From IMG/VR virus record IMGVR_UViG_3300026116_000037: a stretch of 20,000 nt of DNA. One strand, written 5' to 3'. The translations under genes were made by a program, and so were the position numbers. Each line of letters opens with the position of its first letter. Position 1 is the first letter of the stretch. The notes under the pieces were generated by a model. The model had not been told where the DNA came from and did no database searches. It was given only the letters and a program-made list of their open reading frames with translations. The stretch is from an uncultured virus (IMG/VR IMGVR_UViG_3300026116_000037). Taxonomy: Duplodnaviria > Heunggongvirae > Uroviricota > Caudoviricetes. This document shows positions 7,259-14,135 of this stretch, in pieces.

Positions 7259-7329
7259 AGGCCCTCCGCCCGCGCGCCCGGCCGCCGAATATGGCGCCGG
7301 GCGCGGGCGACTCGCGCTAAGCTCTTAGA

Positions 7330-8466
7330 GTGCCGCTGGCAATCGACAAGGTAAACGGCGCGACGCTGGCCAATGGCAAGCTCGCGCTTTGGGCGCTGGC
7401 CCGAACCCCGGCGGACGATTCGCCGGCCGGCATGCTCGTGGACCTCGCGGCCGCGTCATATGAGATTTTCAGCTCGTCGTATGTAAGCGTCAAGGCGAAG
7501 GCGGCTCTCAATGTCGTGGACGCTCCCTCCACCGGGAACCGCGCCGGCCTTGGGCACTACGTCGCGACGTGGGCGCCCGGTTCGGCCACCGTGGGGACGT
7601 ATTATGTGCGCTGGTATTACAAGGTCGAAAGCACCGACGCGGAGGCCTACTTCGACCAAGAGATCGAGCTGGTCGCGCTGCCCTACAAGCCGGGCGCCTC
7701 GCACTATTGCACGGTCCAGGATCTCCGCGATCAGGGCTTGCCGAGTTCAGGCTCGAACGCGGTCACGGACGCGCAAGCGCAGCGTCTGATCGAGCGCGCG
7801 AGCCGGTACGCGGAGCACTTCACCGGCCGAGGCGCTGGTGCGTTCGAGGCGCAATTCAAAAGCGTGCGCGTCAACGGCAACGGCTCGCGCGCGCTGCAAA
7901 TCCGGGAGCCGATCGTGGGGCTCTCCCACGTCTCAGTCGTGATCGACAACGTCTCCGGACAAAGCGATCTCGCGATCATCGCCTCGTTCCTGAAGATTTA
8001 CAACCGGCACTTGACTAGCGGCCTCATGTCGCCGGACGACCGCGAAAATCCGAAGCTGGAGTTTGTCCACGGCAACGATCTCGGCGGAGTGAACTACCCG
8101 GCCGGCGCGTCCGGGTACCGGCTCACGGAGCTGATCTGGCCGCGCGGTCAGCAAAACGTCGAGCTTCAAGGCCTGTTCGGCTACACCGAGCCGGATGGCT
8201 CTTTCACGGGCGGCGTGCCCGCGATGTTGCGCGAGGCGGTCCAGCTCCTCGCGTTTCGCAACCTGCCGTCGATGGGTGGATCGGATCGAGCGGCTGCCCT
8301 TCGCGAGACACGTTTGACTTTGGAGGCGACGCGAGATCAGAGCCAGCAGTTCGCCGCGCCGGGCACAGGAGTCGAGACCGGGCTGACCGCGACCTTCACG
8401 GGGGACCCGAGCATCGACGCCCTTCTCGTGCAGTTCGCCCGTCCGCCGCAGTTTGGAGCGGCCTAA
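7330..8466 (+). CDS. Head-tail connector/neck protein with an extra N-terminal beta-rich domain
   Basis: YCTVQDLRDQGL...DAQAQRLIERASRYAEHFTGR and GLFGY...VPAMLREAV are typical of gp6/gp15-like connectors. About 125 extra N-terminal residues. GTG start with no Shine-Dalgarno. Confidence 0.75.
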   Translation: MPLAIDKVNGATLANGKLALWALARTPADDSPAGMLVDLAAASYEIFSSSYVSVKAKAALNVVDAPSTGNRAGLGHYVATWAPGSATVGTYYVRWYYKVESTDAEAYFDQEIELVALPYKPGASHYCTVQDLRDQGLPSSGSNAVTDAQAQRLIERASRYAEHFTGRGAGAFEAQFKSVRVNGNGSRALQIREPIVGLSHVSVVIDNVSGQSDLAIIASFLKIYNRHLTSGLMSPDDRENPKLEFVHGNDLGGVNYPAGASGYRLTELIWPRGQQNVELQGLFGYTEPDGSFTGGVPAMLREAVQLLAFRNLPSMGGSDRAAALRETRLTLEATRDQSQQFAAPGTGVETGLTATFTGDPSIDALLVQFARPPQFGAA

Positions 8467-8468
8467 TC

Positions 8469-8987
8469 GTGTATCGCGGCAGACTAATATTTCCGTTCAC
8501 GATCGAATTGGCACAACTCGACATCGAGGGCACGGCCGCGGACCCCGACGGCGCCGGCCCGAAGACTTCGGGCTACGATGCCGACTTCGCCGAACCGGCC
8601 GTGCTGCCCAGCTCGGACAAGCTCGGCACGTCCGCGCGCGCGGAGAAGACGCTGATCAAGGTGGCTGGACAGTTCGGATCCACGGATGCCTTCGCTGATC
8701 TGCAAGAGGCCCCGACAGGCAACCTCGCGCCGACGGAGTTTACCGTCCTGTTCCACTTTCGTGACCTCGAAGCGGCGGGGCTCGTGGAATCCGGTACAGG
8801 GACCGCCAAGATCAAGATCGGGGACCGGATGAACGCGGTCTATGACTACAAGACCGGCGCCCTCATCCAGAAAATCCGCAACCCTCCGGGCGCCTTCGTC
8901 GTGAAGGCAAAGCCGATTTTCGGGCTGCACATGCGGCGTAATCTTCTGGAGGTGCACTTCCGATCGCGCGACCCGGGAGCGGCGTAG
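8469..8987 (+). CDS. Probable head closure / head-tail adaptor protein
   Basis: Starts 2 nt after the previous stop. Beta-rich, 172 aa, positioned between connector and tail-completion genes. Confidence 0.65.
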   Translation: MYRGRLIFPFTIELAQLDIEGTAADPDGAGPKTSGYDADFAEPAVLPSSDKLGTSARAEKTLIKVAGQFGSTDAFADLQEAPTGNLAPTEFTVLFHFRDLEAAGLVESGTGTAKIKIGDRMNAVYDYKTGALIQKIRNPPGAFVVKAKPIFGLHMRRNLLEVHFRSRDPGAA

Positions 8988-8989
8988 TC

Positions 8990-9631
8990 GTGGCCGGCAC
9001 CATCGGGCCGTGGGGCGCCGCGGTCAAAGCGCTGGCGCAGTGGCCGAGCAATCTCGCTCAGGCGAAGCGCCGCGCGCTCCTGCAAGAGGCGCAGTTTTTC
9101 CGAACCAAGATCGTGGAGGGGCTACGCGAACAAGCTCCAGGAGGCAAGGCCTTCAAGCCGCTCTCCACGCACACGATCATGCTTCGCCAGGCCCTGGGTT
9201 TCAAAGGGACGAAAGCGCTTCTACGCCGCGCGGACCTTCGCAACTCCATCGCCGTGAAAGAGCTGCACACGGCGGACGATTCGATCTTCGTGGGCGTCTT
9301 GCGGACGGCGAAAAACAGCAAGGGTGGCGAGCTGGTAGACGTGGCGCGCCTGAACGAGGAGGGCTCGAAGCCGATCGTCATCAAAATCACGCCGAAGATG
9401 CAGGCATTCCTGGCCGCGGCGTTTCGCAGGGCTGGCGCGGCCGCCAATCGAATGGGGCCACCCAAGCCCTCGACCGGCGTGATCGTCGTTCAGATTCCGG
9501 CGCGCCCCTTCATGGGTCCGGTGTTCGAGAAGTACGGCGAAGCTACCGAGGCGTCTAAGCGGTTCGCGGAGCGAGTGCGCAAAGAGATGAAGGGCGTCGG
9601 CCCGTGGGGTACGCTGAAAGGTACAATCTGA
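8990..9631 (+). CDS. Virion morphogenesis / tail completion protein (Mu gpG / P2 gpS-like)
   Basis: FKPLS..T, KALLRRADLRNSI, VARLNEEG and IPARPFMGP motifs. Basic protein. Confidence 0.85.
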   Translation: MAGTIGPWGAAVKALAQWPSNLAQAKRRALLQEAQFFRTKIVEGLREQAPGGKAFKPLSTHTIMLRQALGFKGTKALLRRADLRNSIAVKELHTADDSIFVGVLRTAKNSKGGELVDVARLNEEGSKPIVIKITPKMQAFLAAAFRRAGAAANRMGPPKPSTGVIVVQIPARPFMGPVFEKYGEATEASKRFAERVRKEMKGVGPWGTLKGTI

Positions 9632-9632
9632 C

Positions 9633-10574
9633 ATGCCCGTTCCTGTGCCGACCTTCACCTCGTGCGCGCCCGCCACCATCTTCACGGGTGGGCAGTTCGT
9701 CACGATCACGGGCTCAAACTTCCGGACGGCGTACCCGCTTCCGGATCTCGACGGCCCGATCCCGACCCCGCCGCCCACGGTCTCCGTCCAATTCGATGGC
9801 GTCGAGGCCGAGAGAGTGGCCGTATTCTCGGCTACGGAGTTGACGTGTATCGCCCCGCCGCACGACCCGGGTACCGCTACGATCGTGATCCGGAACCTGG
9901 ACGAGGACGGCAACCCCATCTCCGGTCAGATCGTCACGGCCGCGGCGGGCGTCACCTACGCGCGGGCGGACTTGTCCGTCGAAGACGACTTCACGCGCGT
10001 CACGCGCGCGCTCGCCCAGCTCTTGAAACGGCAGACGATCGAGAACGTCGTGATCACGAAGGACACAGACTTTTCTGAACGGGCCGGAGAGGTAGATTTC
10101 AACGTCGTCGACGTCGCCAATTTGCCGGCCCTCGTGATCGGGTTGCCGACTACGAAAGAGGATCTCTTCTACGATCTGGATCTGACCCCCGAGATCGTTC
10201 GCGGGGACGTGTACGATCAACGCCGCTATATGCGGACGGTCGACATCACCTGGAAAGTTTCCGGCTTCGACGACAAGTCGATCCGCGCATCGAATTTGTT
10301 GGCATTGGTACAGAAGGTTTTCAACATCAACGATTGGCTTTACGTCGATGTCGATCCGACCGACGCCTCGAAGGGCCAGGTCCGCTACGAAATGGACGCG
10401 GGAGATTTCGGCTTCGCAGGCGCCCCGGGAAACTCGAACGTTCGCATGTTCGCGGGCGAGGTGATGATTCGCGGCTTCACGTTCGAGGACGTGGCGAGCT
10501 TCCCGGGCTCGATGATCGGATCTACCGGCGGCGTCGTCACGACCGACCCGACGGTGACCTCCGAGAATATATAG
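9633..10574 (+). CDS. IPT/TIG-domain protein fused to a probable tail terminator domain
   Basis: PTFTSCAPATIFTGGQFVTITGSNF...VSVQFDG...SATELTCIAPPHDPGTATIVIRN is an IPT/TIG pattern. The C-terminal domain sits where tail terminators lie, before the sheath. Confidence 0.8.
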   Translation: MPVPVPTFTSCAPATIFTGGQFVTITGSNFRTAYPLPDLDGPIPTPPPTVSVQFDGVEAERVAVFSATELTCIAPPHDPGTATIVIRNLDEDGNPISGQIVTAAAGVTYARADLSVEDDFTRVTRALAQLLKRQTIENVVITKDTDFSERAGEVDFNVVDVANLPALVIGLPTTKEDLFYDLDLTPEIVRGDVYDQRRYMRTVDITWKVSGFDDKSIRASNLLALVQKVFNINDWLYVDVDPTDASKGQVRYEMDAGDFGFAGAPGNSNVRMFAGEVMIRGFTFEDVASFPGSMIGSTGGVVTTDPTVTSENI

Positions 10575-10584
10575 AACCGAAGGG

Positions 10585-10608
10585 AAACGCGCCGCCGCCG
10601 CGCGTTTT
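10585..10608 (+). terminator. Possible intrinsic terminator
   Basis: AAACGCGC-CGCCGCC-GCGCGTTT(T) hairpin just after the stop at 10574. Confidence 0.5.
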
Positions 10609-10649
10609 AGGCCCTTAGCTTTAGGCAGTTGCGCTATCGTCAAAGGACC

Positions 10650-10913
10650 ATGGTCACCTTGACGAATCGTTCGCGAACGTCCGCGATCATCATCTCGCTT
10701 CCGACGTCGTTCGGTACCGTGCCGCACACGCACCGCTCGGTGGATCGCAACTTGGACGGCGAGGTCGGCGTGCGCGTGACGGAGCGTGAGCTTTGCGACT
10801 CCGTGCACATCATGCCCGGCGAAACCTCGCGGCCGCTGCCGGACGAGGCGGCGGAGCTTCCCGAGGTCAGGGCGCAGGGACGGTACCTCACCGTGTCCCA
10901 CGTTACGGAATAA
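10650..10913 (+). CDS. Small hypothetical protein preceding sheath (87 aa)
   Basis: In-frame ATG at 10650 (MVTLTNRSRT...). Small pre-sheath genes are common in contractile-tail operons. Confidence 0.7.
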   Translation: MVTLTNRSRTSAIIISLPTSFGTVPHTHRSVDRNLDGEVGVRVTERELCDSVHIMPGETSRPLPDEAAELPEVRAQGRYLTVSHVTE

Positions 10914-10971
10914 TCCGGCGCCGATCATTCACGCTTCCCAAACCGACCAACGTCTTTAGGAGAACCGGCCA

Positions 10972-12531
10972 ATGTCGAATCAGTTGCTCGCCAGCAAAAT
11001 CACCGTCGAGGAGGAACAGCCCGGGATCCGCGCGATCCCGACGCTCAACACGTTCGTGATGGGCTTCCTCGGGACGGCGAAGCAGGGCCCGGTGGGGACC
11101 GCGACGCTGGTCAGCTCGTTCGCCGAGTTCGTGAAGATCTTCGGCTCGTATCTCTCGGGGTCCGATCTCGTGTCGGCCGTGGAGGGCTTCTTCAACGACG
11201 GCGGCACCAGCGCATGGATCGTTCGCACGGTCCATTACAGCGACATCACCGACGCCTCGACCAAGACGAGCGCGGCCGGAACGGTCAACATCGCGGACTC
11301 CGCGCCCGCGACGACGCTGACGATCAACGCGAAATACGACGGCACCTATGCTGCCGGCCTGAAGATCCGGATTGCCGCGGCCACCTCGGGCAACGCGGCC
11401 GAGTTCAACCTTTCGGTCGAGGACACGTCCGGCCTGACGCTGGAGACCTATCCGAACCTCAGCATGTCGACCAGCTCCGCGCGGTTCGTCGAGACGATCG
11501 TGAACGATCCGATCTCCGGCTCTTTCCGGATCGCGGCGGACGCGGTCCTCACGACGCGCCCCGTGAACATCCTTTCGGCGGCCCTCTCGGGCGGAGCGGA
11601 CGGTCTCGGCTCCATCGCTGACGCCGACTATTCGGGCAGCGCCGCGAGCGCTACGGGCCTTCGCGCGTTCGACGTCGTGGACGATCTGACCGTCCTCGCG
11701 GTCCCCGGAATCGCGACGTCCGCGGTTCACAACGCGATGCTGACCTACGCCGAGTCCACGCGCAGCGGGCAGGTGTTCGCCATCCTCGATCCGCCTTCGG
11801 GCGTCAGCTATTCGGCCATGGTCACCTATGTCAACTCGACGGCGGCGATCGGTGGGCTCTCGGAGTTCGGCGCTATCTACTGGCCCCGCATCAAGGTCCA
11901 GAACCCTTCGACCGCGATCTACGGCAACGTCACGGAGATCACGATCTCCCCGTCCGGCGACATCGCCGGCATGATGGCCCGGAACGACAACGCGAAGAAC
12001 GGCGGCGTGTGGACCACCCCGGCCGGCACCGAGGAGGGGAAGCTCCCCCGCTGCGTCGGCGTGGAGAACACCGACGTGTTGAAGGAGGAGATCCGAGATG
12101 TCCTCTTTCCCCAGCGCATCAACCCGATCACGACGATGAAGGGGTTCCCCCGCTTCGTCGACGGGGCCCGGACGCTCAAGGCCTCCGGAAACTTCCCAAC
12201 GATCGCGCAGCGCCGCGGCGTCTCGTTCGTCGAGCGCTCGGTGAAGCTGGGCCTCCAGTTCGCGCGCCACAAGAACAACACGCCCTCGCTCCGCGCGAGC
12301 CTATACCGCTCGGTCTATTCCTTCCTCAAGGATCAGATGAGCGTGGGCGCCTTCGCCAGCAACGACCCCGCCACGGCGTTCTTCGTCGACTTCGGCGACG
12401 CGCTCAACCCGCCTCAGCAGAAGAACACGATCATCGGCCGCATCGGGATCGCGACCGTGCAGCCGGCCGAATACATCCGGCTGAAATTCTCCCAGGATAC
12501 GCGGGCAATCGATGCCGCCCTCAAAGGCTAA
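10972..12531 (+). CDS. Contractile tail sheath protein
   Basis: GFLGTAKQGPV, SFAEFVKIFG, AVEGFFNDGG, LSGGADG, FAILDPP, AIYWPRIKV, PSGDIAGMMARND, INPI, GARTL and PAEYI are sheath hallmarks. AGGAG Shine-Dalgarno. Confidence 0.97.
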   Translation: MSNQLLASKITVEEEQPGIRAIPTLNTFVMGFLGTAKQGPVGTATLVSSFAEFVKIFGSYLSGSDLVSAVEGFFNDGGTSAWIVRTVHYSDITDASTKTSAAGTVNIADSAPATTLTINAKYDGTYAAGLKIRIAAATSGNAAEFNLSVEDTSGLTLETYPNLSMSTSSARFVETIVNDPISGSFRIAADAVLTTRPVNILSAALSGGADGLGSIADADYSGSAASATGLRAFDVVDDLTVLAVPGIATSAVHNAMLTYAESTRSGQVFAILDPPSGVSYSAMVTYVNSTAAIGGLSEFGAIYWPRIKVQNPSTAIYGNVTEITISPSGDIAGMMARNDNAKNGGVWTTPAGTEEGKLPRCVGVENTDVLKEEIRDVLFPQRINPITTMKGFPRFVDGARTLKASGNFPTIAQRRGVSFVERSVKLGLQFARHKNNTPSLRASLYRSVYSFLKDQMSVGAFASNDPATAFFVDFGDALNPPQQKNTIIGRIGIATVQPAEYIRLKFSQDTRAIDAALKG

Positions 12532-12586
12532 GCGGCTCGCGGACCTCTAGTCTCAACCTTCAAGACCAAACAAAAGGCAAATCACA

Positions 12587-13045
12587 ATGATCGTCGGCAG
12601 CCCTCGAACCTTCGACAAGAAATTCAGCTTCGTCGTCCAGATCGACAACTTCACGTCGTTCGGGTTCTCGAAGTGCTCGGCCCTGGAGATGGAGGTCGCC
12701 GAGATCAAGCACTTCGAGGGCGGCACCCTCATCCCGAACAAGAGCGCCGGGCGCGTCGACTTCAAAGACATCACCTTGGAGCGCGGCGCGACCCGCGACC
12801 TGGACATGTTCCTTTGGATGCAGCAGGTTGCGAACGCCCCCGCGAACATCGGCGTGAAGGAGGTGCTCTACAAGCGCCACCTCGATATCGTTCAGCTCGA
12901 CCGCGATGGCTCGCCGCTGAAGCGCTGGAGCCTCTTCAACGCCTGGCCGAAGTCGTTCACGGCCGGCGAGTGGGACAACGGCGCCGACGAGAACGTGATC
13001 GAGAAGATGGTTCTCTGCTACGATTATTTCGTTCGAACCCTGTAA
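12587..13045 (+). CDS. Tail tube protein, T4 gp19-like family
   Basis: FSKCSALEMEV..IKHFEGG, GRVDFKDITLERG, WSLFNAWPKSF, WDNGADENVIEKMVLCYD. Confidence 0.95.
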   Translation: MIVGSPRTFDKKFSFVVQIDNFTSFGFSKCSALEMEVAEIKHFEGGTLIPNKSAGRVDFKDITLERGATRDLDMFLWMQQVANAPANIGVKEVLYKRHLDIVQLDRDGSPLKRWSLFNAWPKSFTAGEWDNGADENVIEKMVLCYDYFVRTL

Positions 13046-13067
13046 GCCGACTCACGGATATTTTCGC

Positions 13068-13101
13068 GGCGGCCGTCCTTCGGGGTGGCCGTCGGCGTTT
13101 T
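13068..13101 (+). terminator. Intrinsic terminator after tail tube gene
   Basis: GGCGGCCGTCC-TTCG-GGGTGGCCGTC stem (with G-U pairs), cUUCGg loop, then GGCGTTTT. Confidence 0.75.
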
Positions 13102-13123
13102 AAGGCCCTAGTAAATTTTTGTG

Positions 13124-13132
13124 TGCTAAAGT
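13124..13132 (+). promoter_or_regulatory. Putative extended -10 element (TGCTAAAGT) for a leaderless transcript
   Basis: TGnTAnnnT followed by 7 nt and then ATG 13140. No Shine-Dalgarno present. Confidence 0.55.
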
Positions 13133-13139
13133 CTTAACC

Positions 13140-13862
13140 ATGGCTGACATCACCCTCCCGTCCGGCTTGAAGCTCCAGATCCGCGGTTTGAAGGGTAAGG
13201 AGCTGAAGATCTTGCAGGACAAGACCTCGCTCCGGACCGGCACGATCGGCGAGCGCATCTTCTCCGCCTGCACCGTTTCCGTTCTCGACCCCGGGATCTA
13301 CTCGTTCAAGGATGGGCCCGCCGGCCCTGTCGTCACGTGGGACGACGTCCTCTTGGGAGATCGGTTCGCGCTCATGCTCGCGATCCGCTCTGCCACCTTC
13401 GGCGCTGCCTTCCCGTTTAAGGTCACCTGCCGCCACTGCGATGAAAGCTACGAGTGGCAGTTGAATTTGACCGATCTCCCCGTCAAGGCCCTCGCGCCCG
13501 AGGACGTGGCCGTGCTCAAGGCGGGCGAGTCCCTCACGGCTCGGCTTCCGTCGACGCAAGCTCTCGTCAAGTTCCGCCTGGCGACGGGCAAGGATGAGCG
13601 CGCCGTGGCCAAGGCCAAGACCGAGCCGAACGCGATCCTTTCGATGCTGGCCCTCCGCATCTCCGAGATCGACGGCGTGGATAACGTCCGGGCGTTCCTG
13701 GACGACGCGGAGCTGGCGGATCTGATTTCCCTTCTCGGTGAGATGGACAAGCGCGATTGTGGCGTGGAGACGACCATCGAGACCGCGTGCGAGCACTGCG
13801 ATCGAATCAACGAGGTGGGGCTTCCGCTCGGGGAAAATTTTTGGGGGTTGAAGAAGGGCTAG
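13140..13862 (+). CDS. Tail assembly chaperone (G-like), with two CxxC pairs, resembling T4 gp26-like baseplate assembly proteins
   Basis: ITLPSG, LLGDRFALMLAIRSATFG, CRHC and CEHC. Located between tube and tape measure. Confidence 0.8.
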   Translation: MADITLPSGLKLQIRGLKGKELKILQDKTSLRTGTIGERIFSACTVSVLDPGIYSFKDGPAGPVVTWDDVLLGDRFALMLAIRSATFGAAFPFKVTCRHCDESYEWQLNLTDLPVKALAPEDVAVLKAGESLTARLPSTQALVKFRLATGKDERAVAKAKTEPNAILSMLALRISEIDGVDNVRAFLDDAELADLISLLGEMDKRDCGVETTIETACEHCDRINEVGLPLGENFWGLKKG

Positions 13863-14062
13863 GCGCCGCCTTCCCCCTTCTTCCGGAGGATTGGCTCGAC
13901 TCCGCGATCTTCAAGCTCTGCTATCACCAGCACGGTGGCTCCGGCCTCAGCTTCACGGCCTCGGACGTCGAGGACATGGAGTTCTCCCGCATCATTCGGT
14001 TTTGCGAGCGTCTGGACGAACAGCGCGAGGCCGAGGCCGCGGCACTGCGCCGGCCCACGTGA
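13841..14062 (+). CDS. Tail chaperone T-like extension, probably translated by -1 frameshift from the 13140 ORF
   Basis: Open -1 frame (LGVEEGLGAAFPLLPEDWLDSAIFKLCYHQHGGSG...EQREAEAAALRRPT) with no convincing start of its own. Slippery A-AAT-TTT at 13835-13841. Confidence 0.75.
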   Translation: MGVEEGLGAAFPLLPEDWLDSAIFKLCYHQHGGSGLSFTASDVEDMEFSRIIRFCERLDEQREAEAAALRRPT

Positions 14063-14135
14063 TAAGCTAAAGGCTTAGGTCAAATGGGCACCAGCACGCG
14101 CATAGCCGGATCGCCCCAAATGAGGTTAACGCGTC

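Noticed and set aside
7267..7309. GC hairpin as intrinsic terminator or structured ncRNA
   Set aside because: No U tract and no recognisable RNA family features, so it is left unassigned.
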